In this document: positions 1 through 9,472 of the stretch, piece after piece
Layout: each line of letters opens with the position of its first letter
Position numbering within the stretch: position 1 is the stretch's first letter
Source: Candidatus Pedobacter colombiensis
GTDB lineage: Bacteria > Bacteroidota > Bacteroidia > Sphingobacteriales > Sphingobacteriaceae
Reading direction: 5' to 3'
Length of the DNA: 64,000 nucleotides
NCBI GenBank assembly: GCA_029202485.1
Contig: CP119313.1
Span: 4,931,012-4,995,011 of the forward strand
Position numbers and translations under genes: made by a program
The notes under the pieces: model-generated
Seen by the model: the letters and a program-made list of their open reading frames with translations, nothing else
Told to the model about the DNA's origin: nothing
The model's database searches: none

Positions 1-1069
1 TGTCCATATCAATACTAATATTTAAGTAGAAATGTGGAGCAGTAAACAGGCTTTCTGCTAAACGTTTAGCGATCACCTTACGCATTTGCGATACCGGTTT
101 CTCAGTAAACCTTTCTTCACCAATATATTGAGGAATAACAGGCGCAGCTTTCTCTGCAGCGGGAGCTGATGAAGAATCTGCTTTTACTGACGTTGCAGCT
201 GCCTTAAAGTTTTCTATATCTTTTTTAATGATACGTCCACCGTCTGCACTACCTGCAACCTGTGCAAGATCAATTCCTTTATCTTTTGCAATTCTTTTTG
301 CTAATGGAGATGCCTTTACGCGGTCTGTGCTACCAGATGAAACCGGAGCTTCTTCTTTTGCAGCAGCTTTCTCTGCAACAGGAGCATCAGCTGTTTTATC
401 AGCAACAGGTTTTGCAGGTGCATCACCTTGACTAAGAATTCCACTGATATCAGTTCCGGCAGGTCCAACAATAGCAATAATGCCATTAACTTTAGCAGCC
501 TGACCTTTTTCAACACCAATATGTAATAAAGTTCCTTCTGCATAACCCATCACTTCCATAGTCGCCTTATCGGTTTCTACATCTGCAAGGATATCGTCTT
601 CTTTAACTTTATCGCCAACTTTTTTATGCCATTCAGCAATTACGCCTTCAGTCATAGTATCACTAAGCAAAGGCATTCTAACAACTGTAACGCCCATTTT
701 CACTAAATCAGCTTCGCTTAAACCTGTAGCAGAAGTATTTTCTTCTTTCTTTGCTTCAGCAGGTTTAGCATCAGTTGCAGGTGCTGCAGTAGCAGCGCTT
801 TCTGCATCAAGGGCAGCTTTATAGTCTTCACCCTCTTTACCTATTACAGCAATAACAGCATCAATTGGAACAGCCTTACCTTCTTCTACACCAATGTATA
901 AAACGGTACCATCCCAATATGACTCTAAATCCATGGTCGCCTTATCGGTTTCCACTTCGGCCATTACATCGCCACTTTTAACTTTATCGCCAACTTTTTT
1001 ATGCCATTTAGCCATTACACCCTCAGTCATGGTGTCGCTCATTTTGGGCATTCTAACTATTTCAGCCAT
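1..1069 (-). CDS. pdhC: Pyruvate dehydrogenase E2 (dihydrolipoamide acetyltransferase); 5' part only, runs off the window
   Basis: Not in ORF track. Manual translation from ATG at 1069 gives MAEIVRMPKMSDTMTEG, two lipoyl domains (ETDKA motif twice), Ala/Pro linkers and a subunit-binding domain (VKASPLAKRIAKDKGIDL). Directly downstream of pdhA. Confidence 0.95.
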   Translation of the reverse strand, partial: MAEIVRMPKMSDTMTEGVMAKWHKKVGDKVKSGDVMAEVETDKATMDLESYWDGTVLYIGVEEGKAVPIDAVIAVIGKEGEDYKAALDAESAATAAPATDAKPAEAKKEENTSATGLSEADLVKMGVTVVRMPLLSDTMTEGVIAEWHKKVGDKVKEDDILADVETDKATMEVMGYAEGTLLHIGVEKGQAAKVNGIIAIVGPAGTDISGILSQGDAPAKPVADKTADAPVAEKAAAKEEAPVSSGSTDRVKASPLAKRIAKDKGIDLAQVAGSADGGRIIKKDIENFKAAATSVKADSSSAPAAEKAAPVIPQYIGEERFTEKPVSQMRKVIAKRLAESLFTAPHFYLNISIDMD

Positions 1070-1099
1070 TCTATAATATCTATTGAAATGCGTTCTTAA

Positions 1100-2095
1100 T
1101 TAATCTTTTACGTAAGGATAATCCTGTTGCACATACACATCTGTATACAATTCTGATGCTTCAGGGAAAGGAGATTCTTCTGCAAATTTCACAGCGTCAT
1201 CAACGATTTGCTTTACTTTAGCTTCGATTTCTTCAATCCAAGCCTCATTTGCATATTTCTCTTTCAAAACAACCTCTCTTACGGCCTCAATAGGATCTTT
1301 AGCTTTATATTCTTCTAACTCGTCTTTTGTACGATATTTAGCAGGGTCAGACATAGAGTGTCCACGATATCTGTAGGTTCTCATCTCCAGGAAGGTCGGA
1401 CCTTCACCGGCTCTTGCACGCTGAATGGCTTCATCCATTGCATTGTGAACTGCAACAGGATCCATACCATCAACCGGAGCACATGGCATATCAAAACCTA
1501 AACCTATTTTGTAAATGTCTGTCATATTTGTGGTACGCTCCACTGAAGTTCCCATCGCGTAAAAATTGTTCTCACAAACAAACACTACAGGAAGTTTCCA
1601 AAGCATTGCCATATTAAATGCTTCGTTTAAAGCACCCTGACGGACAGCACCATCACCCATATAGCAAATATTTACATTGTTTGTGCCTTTATATTTTTCA
1701 GCAAATGCAATACCTGCTCCCAATGGAATTTGTCCACCTACAATACCATGCCCACCATAGAAATGATGTTCTTTGCTAAACATGTGCATTGAACCACCTT
1801 TTCCTTTTGAACAACCAGTAGCTTTACCATACATTTCTGCCATGATACTATCTGCACTTACACCTAAAGCGAGTGCATGAGCATGATCACGATAAGTAGT
1901 AATCATGGAGTCTCCTTGCTGCATAGCAGAAATTGCTCCCGCTACCACCGCTTCCTGACCGATATATAAATGACAAAATCCACGTATTTTTTGTTGTCCA
2001 TAAAGTTGACCGGTTTTCTCTTCGAACTTGCGCATCAGCAACATCGACTCAAACCACTTCAGATAGGTATCTTTATTTATTTCTACTGCACTCAT
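1100..2095 (-). CDS. pdhA: Pyruvate dehydrogenase E1 alpha subunit
   Basis: IRGFCHLYIGQEA, TPP-binding GDGA...ENN and TYRYRGHSMSD motifs. Confidence 0.97.
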   Translation of the reverse strand: MSAVEINKDTYLKWFESMLLMRKFEEKTGQLYGQQKIRGFCHLYIGQEAVVAGAISAMQQGDSMITTYRDHAHALALGVSADSIMAEMYGKATGCSKGKGGSMHMFSKEHHFYGGHGIVGGQIPLGAGIAFAEKYKGTNNVNICYMGDGAVRQGALNEAFNMAMLWKLPVVFVCENNFYAMGTSVERTTNMTDIYKIGLGFDMPCAPVDGMDPVAVHNAMDEAIQRARAGEGPTFLEMRTYRYRGHSMSDPAKYRTKDELEEYKAKDPIEAVREVVLKEKYANEAWIEEIEAKVKQIVDDAVKFAEESPFPEASELYTDVYVQQDYPYVKD

Positions 2096-2123
2096 TTTGG
2101 GGTGTTGATTTTTTTTACGAGAG

Positions 2124-2131
2124 CAAATCTA
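2124..2131 (-). promoter_or_regulatory. Bacteroidota sigma-A -7 box (TAGATTTG) for pdhA-pdhC
   Basis: Exact TAnnTTTG match 28 nt upstream of the pdhA start. Confidence 0.6.
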
Positions 2132-2386
2132 CTTTTTTATTGCAATATATCGAAGTAATTGATGTAAAATGCACACTATGACTGCATAAATAAAGCCACT
2201 GGGCAATGCTTCTAACAAGGTCAATATTAGCACATATAGCCAACTTAACAAATTAAAAGCAAACAGATCATAAAGAATGCAATCATAAGTTGCACCTAAA
2301 ACCCGACTAGCCGAAACTTATATGGTGGAAAAAATTTGATACCTTTTGTTAAAATGTTAATAACTTTCAACATAAACTTAGCGGTA

Positions 2387-2418
2387 TTTGGATAAGATTT
2401 GTAAAATGTATATGTTTG
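2387..2418 (+). promoter_or_regulatory. Bacteroidota promoter TTTG-N20-TATGTTTG for the NlpC/P60 gene
   Basis: Both -33 (TTTG 2387-2390) and -7 (2411-2418) boxes with canonical spacing. Confidence 0.65.
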
Positions 2419-2491
2419 CCAACCAAACAATAAGCCCGCAGTGGTGTACGTTTAAGTGTAAGTGATTAATACCCAAACTTAACAGTATAAC

Positions 2492-3046
2492 ATGATAAAA
2501 AAGTTTTTGTTGTCCTCCCTAATTGGTTTGTGCAGTCTTACGGCTATCAAAGCACAAACGAAAACAAAAGAAACAAATAAATTAGCTGATCCAGACAATT
2601 TAGCTTCTCAATATTTTTCGCAAGTTATGGGTGTTGCAGTTGATGCAACTTCAAATGTAAAATTATACAAGTTCATTTACGAATGGATTGGTACCCCTTA
2701 TAGATTTGGTGGAAATACACAAAAAGGAATCGATTGTTCGGCTTTTACCAAAGCAATCTATGACAAAGTTTTCAACACGACCATCTTGAGAAACTCACGT
2801 GATATTTTTAGCATGGTTGACCCATTACCTAAAGATGAACTGAAAGAAGGAGATCTGGTATTCTTCAAAATAAAAAGCCGCAGCATTACCCATATCGGAA
2901 TTTACCTTGGAGACAACCGCTTTGCACATGCTTCTTCAAGCCGTGGCGTAGTCATCAGCAATTTAAACGAACCCTATTACTCAAGATATTTTTATAAAGG
3001 TGGCCGTATTTTAGACGGCGTTAAAGAAGACCTGATTCAGGAATAA
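2492..3046 (+). CDS. NlpC/P60 (C40) cell-wall peptidase with signal peptide
   Basis: WIGTPYRFGG...GIDCSAF, ITHIGIY and FAHASSSRGV motifs (Cys-His-His triad). Confidence 0.92.
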   Translation: MIKKFLLSSLIGLCSLTAIKAQTKTKETNKLADPDNLASQYFSQVMGVAVDATSNVKLYKFIYEWIGTPYRFGGNTQKGIDCSAFTKAIYDKVFNTTILRNSRDIFSMVDPLPKDELKEGDLVFFKIKSRSITHIGIYLGDNRFAHASSSRGVVISNLNEPYYSRYFYKGGRILDGVKEDLIQE

Positions 3047-3070
3047 TCTTCCCCATCTTTTAAAGTACCG

Positions 3071-3100
3071 GTCCTTCTAATTCTTTAGAAGGACTTTTTT
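3071..3100 (+). terminator. Intrinsic terminator after the NlpC/P60 gene
   Basis: GTCCTTCTAA-ttct-TTAGAAGGAC 10-bp stem followed by a T tract. Confidence 0.75.
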
Positions 3101-3111
3101 ATACCCATATA

Positions 3112-4221
3112 ATGATGAAATTTTCTACCCTAGGCTTTTTGTCCGCCGCAATTGTTCTTATTGCATCTAGTTGTGAAAGCAATAGCGCCGCCAGCGTGCC
3201 TAAACATCTGCCTACAGATACCATTAAGGTCGCAAAAAAAGATACTATATCTATCGTAGCTGTTGGCGACATCATGATTGGCTCTGCTTATCCGAATAAA
3301 TCCAATCTACCACCTGATGATGCCGCAAATAGTTTTAAAGCAGTGGATCGTTTTTTAAGTGGGGACATCGTTTTTGGCAACCTCGAAGGCTGTTTTCTAA
3401 ACAGTGGAAAATCAACCAAATGTAAAGACACCATTGGCAACAGCTGTTTTGCATTTAGAATGCCTGAACGCTATGCCGGAATTATTCAAAAAGCTGGTTT
3501 TAATTTGCTAAGCACGGCGAATAATCATGTCGGCGATTTTGGATTAAAGGGAAGAACAAGAACAGCGGCCATCTTAGACTCATTAAACATTTACTATGCC
3601 GGCTTACAATCACATCCCTTTAGCATTTTTGAAAAAGACAGTATTAAGTATGCCTTTTGTGCTTTTGCACCCAATGAAAATACGGTGTCGATCAATAAAG
3701 TTGACAGCGCCATACAGCTTGTTAAACGTTTAAAGGCTGAAGCCGATATTGTTATTGTTTCTTTTCATGGTGGTGCAGAGGGTTCGAAATATGAGCGTGT
3801 GCCTAAAACAAATGAAATATTTTACGATGAAAACAGAGGTGATGTATATGCTTTTGCACATGCCGTAATTGATGCAGGCGCCGATGTGGTTTTAGGCCAC
3901 GGTCCACACGTTACAAGAGCCGTAGAGGTTTACAAGAATAAGTTTATTGCTTATAGTCTAGGCAATTTTTGTACCTATGGCATGTTTAACCTTAAAGGTC
4001 CAAATGGCATTGCTCCGCTGCTACAACTCAAAATCAATAGCAATGGAGATTTCCTATATGCAGATATTGTTTCGGTAAAGCAAGATAAGGTAAACCGTTT
4101 GACATTAGACCCAGGTCATCAGGCATTCCTAAAGATTAAATCATTAACAGACCTGGATTTCCCAAATCACAACCTTATTTTCTCCCAGAACGATCGTATT
4201 GAATTAAAAAAGGTGGACTAA
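3112..4221 (+). CDS. CapA/PGA_cap family metallophosphoesterase lipoprotein
   Basis: Lipobox ASSC; GDIM, GNLEG, ANNHVGDFG, SFHGG, GHGPHV and YSLGNF motifs. Confidence 0.88.
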   Translation: MMKFSTLGFLSAAIVLIASSCESNSAASVPKHLPTDTIKVAKKDTISIVAVGDIMIGSAYPNKSNLPPDDAANSFKAVDRFLSGDIVFGNLEGCFLNSGKSTKCKDTIGNSCFAFRMPERYAGIIQKAGFNLLSTANNHVGDFGLKGRTRTAAILDSLNIYYAGLQSHPFSIFEKDSIKYAFCAFAPNENTVSINKVDSAIQLVKRLKAEADIVIVSFHGGAEGSKYERVPKTNEIFYDENRGDVYAFAHAVIDAGADVVLGHGPHVTRAVEVYKNKFIAYSLGNFCTYGMFNLKGPNGIAPLLQLKINSNGDFLYADIVSVKQDKVNRLTLDPGHQAFLKIKSLTDLDFPNHNLIFSQNDRIELKKVD

Positions 4222-4316
4222 TCTCCTTTTAATTTATCGTTGGAATAATTAATGTTCAATAACACTGGAATAGTTCGTATCTTGAAATCATTATTTTCAA
4301 ATTATAAAAACTTATT

Positions 4317-5246
4317 ATGTATACGATGTATATTGTTATTTTCGTTCTCCTGGTAATTCTGGGAAGCTCTTTTGTTACGGTAAAACAGGGCACAATTGCT
4401 GTAATTACAATTTTTGGAAAGTACAGACGACTTTTAAGTCCTGGTCTAAGTTTAAAAATACCATTAATAGAAAGCATTCACTCGCGCATTTCGATACAGA
4501 ACAGATCTGTAGAATTGTCTTTTCAGGCAGTTACCCAGGATCAGGCAAATGTATACTTCAAGGCTATGCTCCTTTATTCTGTAATTAATCGTGATGAAGA
4601 AACCATTAAAAATGTAGCCTTTAAGTTTGTGGATTCAACTAACTTAATGCAGGCTTTAATTCGTACCATCGAAGGCTCAATAAGGGCTTATGTAGCTACC
4701 CAAAAACAGGCAAATGTACTTGCACAGCGCAATGAAATTGTAGACCATGTTAAACATCAGATTGACCAGGTATTGGAAAGCTGGGGTTATCATTTGCAGG
4801 ATTTGCAGCTGAATGACATTACATTTGATGAGGAGATTATGCGCTCGATGAGTCGTGTTGTAGCCTCAAACAACTTAAAAGCTGCAGCTGAAAATGAAGG
4901 TCAGGCTTTATTAATTACTAAAACTAAAGGTGCTGAAGCTGATGGTAATGCCATTAAAATTGCTGCTGCTGCCGAGCGGGAAGCTGCACAACTTCGTGGA
5001 CAGGGTATTGCCTTATTTAGAGCTGAGGTTGCTCATGGTATGACTAAAGCTGCACAGGAGATGGAACAAGCTAACCTGGATGTTTCGGTAATCCTTTTCA
5101 CCATGTGGACAGAATCTATCAAACAGTTTGCAGAGAATAGCGAAGGCAATGTAATCTTTCTTGATGGCTCAACAGAAGGGATGAACCGCACCATGAAAGA
5201 AATGATGGCTATGCAGACTCAAAAAATGAATGAAAGTAAAAAATAA
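4317..5246 (+). CDS. SPFH/band 7 (stomatin-like) membrane protein
   Basis: N-terminal TM helix, FVTVKQG...FGKY, SPFH core and an Ala-rich coiled coil. Confidence 0.9.
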   Translation: MYTMYIVIFVLLVILGSSFVTVKQGTIAVITIFGKYRRLLSPGLSLKIPLIESIHSRISIQNRSVELSFQAVTQDQANVYFKAMLLYSVINRDEETIKNVAFKFVDSTNLMQALIRTIEGSIRAYVATQKQANVLAQRNEIVDHVKHQIDQVLESWGYHLQDLQLNDITFDEEIMRSMSRVVASNNLKAAAENEGQALLITKTKGAEADGNAIKIAAAAEREAAQLRGQGIALFRAEVAHGMTKAAQEMEQANLDVSVILFTMWTESIKQFAENSEGNVIFLDGSTEGMNRTMKEMMAMQTQKMNESKK

Positions 5247-5252
5247 ATAGTT

Positions 5253-5308
5253 ACTACATAAAAAAGGGTTTTATCATGCAATCATGATAAAACCCTTTTT
5301 TATGTAGT
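5253..5308. terminator. Bidirectional terminator-like hairpin with a 26-bp perfect stem
   Basis: ACTACATAAAAAAGGGTTTTATCATG-caat-exact reverse complement, between convergent SPFH and prc genes. Confidence 0.85.
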
Positions 5309-5319
5309 TGATTTGTCCT

Positions 5320-7503
5320 TTAATTAACCCCGGATGTATTCTTAACAACTTCTTTTCCTTTAGGATTGGTCAGCTGTATGAAATCAGCCATAATCTTCAA
5401 GCTCTCATCTTGAATAAAATCATAGCTATCCTCTTTCTTTATCTTGTCTCCTTTTTTTACAGGAGGCAAGCCTCTGGATGCTCTTAAAGCATTGATTTTA
5501 GCCAGGTTCTTAGCTTCAGTACTATCCCTTTCCGCCTTCAATTTATTTTCATTCAAAGGTACTGAAACCTCGTCATCACGTTTTTTAGACTCAGCGATGT
5601 CCTGAACCATGATTTTATAATCAAGTGATTTGTCCATACGTTGTTTATGCAAAGCAACCAGCTCCGGTTTAATCGGGTTCAGATCAGCCACGGGAGTAAA
5701 ATCAGACCTCTTAACTTCATCCCAAGGTAAAGCTGAAGGTTCTGTATCCTCTCCAATTTTATCCATTGGATATAATGATGGAAACTGAACATCTGGCATT
5801 ACACCTTTATGCTGAGTACTGCTCCCCGTTACACGATAAAACTTAGCCATTGTAAGATTAATCTGGCCCAGGTTAACACCATCTTTATCTGTTTTTAATT
5901 TTGTAGCTCCATCTTTATTGAGCAAGGCTGCAAGCTTTTGAAGAATAGATGGATTAACCAATTTATTCATATCAATTGAAGACTGAACGGTTCCCTTACC
6001 ATAAGTTTGTGTTCCCATGATAATTCCTCTTCCATAATCCTGAATTGCCCCGGCAAAGATCTCTGATGCCGAAGCACTCAATCTGTCGACCATAACACCC
6101 AGTGGACCACTCCATGCTACGCCCGGATTCGTATCCTCACTCACCTCTACTTCGTTTTTAAGATCCTTTACCTGTACTACTGGACCTTTATCGATAAACA
6201 AGCCGGTAAGATCAATAGCCTCAACTAAAGAACCACCACCATTTGCCCTTAAATCCATTACAATTGCATCCACTTTATCACGGTTTTTCAAGGTATCAAT
6301 CAATAGCTTTACATCACGTGTTGTACTTTTGTAATTGGGATCGCCAGCATTTGCCGCTTTAAAATCAGCATAAAAAGCAGGGACAGTAATGATACCTATT
6401 TTATAGGTCTGGCCATTCTCCTGAACAGTCTGCACTTTCTTCTTAGCAGACTGGTCTTCCATTACAATTTTCTCTCTTACCAACTCTATAATAACCGGTT
6501 TAGAAGACATGTCTTTACCCACCGGAATGATCTTAAGGCGAACTTTTGTGCCTTTAGGTCCTTTTATTTTGGCAACTGAATTCTCTATTCTCCAACCAAT
6601 AATATCTTCAAATTCACCATCACCCTGCGCTACGCCAACAATTCTATCTCCGGCGCTCAACAGCTTGCTTTTAAAAGCAGGACCGCCTGGAACTACTTCA
6701 GTAATTTTCAATATTTCATTATCCAGCTGTAATCTTGCACCTATACCTTCAAAAGACCTTGCCATGTCCTCATTAAATTGTTGCGCATTAGTTGGATTAA
6801 AATAGTTTGTATGTGGATCAATAGTTCCGGTAAATGCATCCATGATGGTTTGAAATACATCCTGGTTATTTAATTTTGAAGCTTGCGACTTCAATGCCTG
6901 ATAACGTTTTGTGAGCGTTTCTTCATTCTTAGCCTCAGGAGTGCCGGCAATCTTCAAATTAACCAGCTCATATTTAACCCTCTTTCTCCAGATATCATCC
7001 AGTTCAGCTTTTGATTTAGCCCAGGGCATTTTTTCGCGATCAAAGACATAAGTCTCATTCGAATTATAATTCTGCTTTACTTTAATTTCATTAAGGGCAA
7101 AATTGATAAATTCATTATATCGCTTTAAATAGACATTAAATATATAAAATGGGGCAGTTAAATCTCCATATCGGAAATCATCATCTAGTGAATATCTGAA
7201 TTTCTCAAACTCCTTAATGTCTGATTGCTGGAAGTAATATTTATATGGATCCAGTTCCTTGATGTACTTATCCAATATCAGTGAAGAGATAGAGTCGTTA
7301 ACCTTTATCTTCTTGTAATTATAATTTTCAATCAGTGCAACTATTTCCTTACATACCAAAGATTGTCTTTCATCGGGCACAATATTCGTTACCCCCTGAA
7401 CCATTTGTTGAGGGTGTGGCGACGCGTGACATGCAAGAACAGCGGCAGTAAAGGTTACCAGTAATATCTTTTTTAACATCTCTTTAACTATTTTAAAATC
7501 CAT
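5320..7503 (-). CDS. prc: Carboxy-terminal processing (tail-specific) protease, S41
   Basis: PDZ (GIGA), DLRANGGG, SASASEI and YGKGTVQ motifs; lipobox VLAC. Start chosen at ATG 7503; 7479 is an alternative. Confidence 0.92.
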   Translation of the reverse strand: MDFKIVKEMLKKILLVTFTAAVLACHASPHPQQMVQGVTNIVPDERQSLVCKEIVALIENYNYKKIKVNDSISSLILDKYIKELDPYKYYFQQSDIKEFEKFRYSLDDDFRYGDLTAPFYIFNVYLKRYNEFINFALNEIKVKQNYNSNETYVFDREKMPWAKSKAELDDIWRKRVKYELVNLKIAGTPEAKNEETLTKRYQALKSQASKLNNQDVFQTIMDAFTGTIDPHTNYFNPTNAQQFNEDMARSFEGIGARLQLDNEILKITEVVPGGPAFKSKLLSAGDRIVGVAQGDGEFEDIIGWRIENSVAKIKGPKGTKVRLKIIPVGKDMSSKPVIIELVREKIVMEDQSAKKKVQTVQENGQTYKIGIITVPAFYADFKAANAGDPNYKSTTRDVKLLIDTLKNRDKVDAIVMDLRANGGGSLVEAIDLTGLFIDKGPVVQVKDLKNEVEVSEDTNPGVAWSGPLGVMVDRLSASASEIFAGAIQDYGRGIIMGTQTYGKGTVQSSIDMNKLVNPSILQKLAALLNKDGATKLKTDKDGVNLGQINLTMAKFYRVTGSSTQHKGVMPDVQFPSLYPMDKIGEDTEPSALPWDEVKRSDFTPVADLNPIKPELVALHKQRMDKSLDYKIMVQDIAESKKRDDEVSVPLNENKLKAERDSTEAKNLAKINALRASRGLPPVKKGDKIKKEDSYDFIQDESLKIMADFIQLTNPKGKEVVKNTSGVN

Positions 7504-7548
7504 TTTTATACTCAGCACTAATATGATACCAATTTTAGAAATAAAAAG

Positions 7549-7578
7549 AAAAGAGACAGTAATAATACTGTCTCTTTT
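7549..7578 (-). terminator. Intrinsic terminator downstream of the TPR gene
   Basis: AAAAGAGACAGTA-ataa-TACTGTCTCTTTT 13-bp stem. Confidence 0.7.
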
Positions 7579-7655
7579 ATGTAAACATACTAAAAGTAGT
7601 CAAATTACTATAATAATGATATAAAAAACGATTTGTATGACAATTTATTATTCCA

Positions 7656-8339
7656 CTATTTTTTTGCTACGGCAGCCTTGGCAGGGATCTGAGCCCTGGC
7701 ATCTCTGATTTGATTTTTAAACTTGGTAAGATTTGAGGATTTGGCTAAAAGCTCCGCCCTGCTCAAATCTTTTAATGCAAGTGAATATTCCTTTTTCTTC
7801 GTTTTTACTTGTGCAATACCTAATATCGAGTCTATGTATGCGTTGTTATCGCCAACTTGTTTAGCCAGGATGCCTTGTTGCGTGTAGAACCATAAGGACT
7901 GTGTTAACTTATCAGACGCCAGATATATTTTACCTAACTGGTTATATGACTCCATCTGTCCTGTTCTACTGCCTATTTTAGCATAATTTTTTAAGGCTAC
8001 ATTAAGAGTTACCTGCTCTGCTTCTGTATAATGCGACATTAAATAATGAGCATTTGCTAATCTTAATAGGGCAGATCCATATTGGTTAAACTTTTTAGCG
8101 CTATTGTACTCAAATGCCGCCTTACTGAATAGCGTAATTGCATCATTTAAATCTCCTTGACGCTCTTTTTTATCTGCTTCGGCAAAATAATCATTCCCAT
8201 CATTTTCTTCCAGATTAGACACAACAATATTCACCGCTCCATTTACCTGCGGGGGCTGTTGTGACAAAAAAGGATTTGCTTGGGACATGGCCTGATTAGA
8301 AATAAAAAGGCAAATCAATAGTAAACAAATTTTGTTCAT
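7656..8339 (-). CDS. Secreted tetratricopeptide-repeat-like protein
   Basis: Signal peptide; helical repeats with A/G/Y/L TPR spacing (ESYNQLGKIYLA, SILGIAQVKT). Confidence 0.7.
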   Translation of the reverse strand: MNKICLLLICLFISNQAMSQANPFLSQQPPQVNGAVNIVVSNLEENDGNDYFAEADKKERQGDLNDAITLFSKAAFEYNSAKKFNQYGSALLRLANAHYLMSHYTEAEQVTLNVALKNYAKIGSRTGQMESYNQLGKIYLASDKLTQSLWFYTQQGILAKQVGDNNAYIDSILGIAQVKTKKKEYSLALKDLSRAELLAKSSNLTKFKNQIRDARAQIPAKAAVAKK

Positions 8340-8399
8340 CACCGCAAAGATAGGACAAATTTACATAAACAACTGTATACTAATCAAAAAGGAGAAATC

Positions 8400-8969
8400 T
8401 CAGACTTTACTTAGAGGTAGATAGCCCAGATGTAATTCATCTTCAAAAAGGGCCGATGCACGCTCTATTTGTATATGGAACCTGCTTTTTACACGGTCCG
8501 GTAATACATCAGCTATTTCAAATACATCGTCAACATCTACTCCATACTTATCATCGATATGAGAAACGGCTCCCTCAAATCCTGTATGTTTATAAAAGGT
8601 AGTTTCTTTTGCCAACTTGCTGGCATCTGCCATCGTATCTGCAACAAGGAGCATTTTATAATGAAGTTCATCAAATTCCCCTTGTTTGTATCCACCCAGA
8701 TTGATAAAGAAAAGTTTATTTAAGTTGGCTTCTACCAACTCTGATTTAGCCGCTACTTTCAAGATATATCCGCCCACCGCAGTCACTTCGCGCCAGGCAT
8801 CAATATGAATTTTACCATTTGCTTCAGGCCAGAAATCCATAATATCAGTCTTCAAGTCGCTTATTGAACTTCCAATACCAAAAAATACATCATGCTGCTC
8901 TGTATGCCTACCCACGGGTTTGCAACCAAGCAAAATCATAAATAATTTAAGCGTCCCGGTATCTTCCAT
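8400..8969 (-). CDS. DUF1543 domain protein
   Basis: LFMILLGC...HTEQHDVFF, IHIDAW, LFFINLGGY and HIDDKYGVDVDD motifs. Confidence 0.8.
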   Translation of the reverse strand: MEDTGTLKLFMILLGCKPVGRHTEQHDVFFGIGSSISDLKTDIMDFWPEANGKIHIDAWREVTAVGGYILKVAAKSELVEANLNKLFFINLGGYKQGEFDELHYKMLLVADTMADASKLAKETTFYKHTGFEGAVSHIDDKYGVDVDDVFEIADVLPDRVKSRFHIQIERASALFEDELHLGYLPLSKV

Positions 8970-8982
8970 TTCACAATTCAAT

Positions 8983-9420
8983 TTATTTAAAATCTTCAAT
9001 TAGTTGTTTGCACCGCTTTTCTATCTCCAGAAATACCGGTTCAAAGAGCTTATCATCAAAATAAGGATCAGTCACTTCAAGCTCATCCGGCAAGAACAAC
9101 CGCACTTTATTCCGATGAGCTGCCGTTGAAGCAAGTTTTAATACATCTTTCAAATTATTTTGGTCCATAACCAGGATATGATCGAATTCATCAAACATAT
9201 CCTGGTTAAAATGTCGGGCTCTTTGCCTGGAAATATCATAGCCATAATTGTTGGCTACGGCTATGCTTCTTTTGTCGGCAGGCTGGTTTACGTGCCAATC
9301 GCCTGTTCCCGCAGAAGAAATTTCCCAGCCTAAGTGCTGTTCATCGGCCAAATGGCGCATAATGCCCTCCGCAAGTGGAGAACGGCAAATATTACCCAGG
9401 CAAACCATTAGTATTTTCAT
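8983..9420 (-). CDS. Low-molecular-weight protein-tyrosine phosphatase
   Basis: VCLGNICRSP P-loop and the DPY general-acid motif. Confidence 0.95.
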   Translation of the reverse strand: MKILMVCLGNICRSPLAEGIMRHLADEQHLGWEISSAGTGDWHVNQPADKRSIAVANNYGYDISRQRARHFNQDMFDEFDHILVMDQNNLKDVLKLASTAAHRNKVRLFLPDELEVTDPYFDDKLFEPVFLEIEKRCKQLIEDFK

Positions 9421-9472
9421 CAGTATATCGTTTGCTTCTTAACGGCAAGAAGCTATCATGAGTTTTATTTAC

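Noticed and set aside
540-1060. Nucleotide-level repeat within the first kilobase
   Set aside because: Explained by the two lipoyl domains of pdhC.
2278-2375. TGCAA-N7-TTGCA dyad and DnaA-box-like TGTTAATAA upstream of the NlpC/P60 gene
   Set aside because: Too short, imperfect and isolated to exceed chance, with no cluster suggesting an origin.
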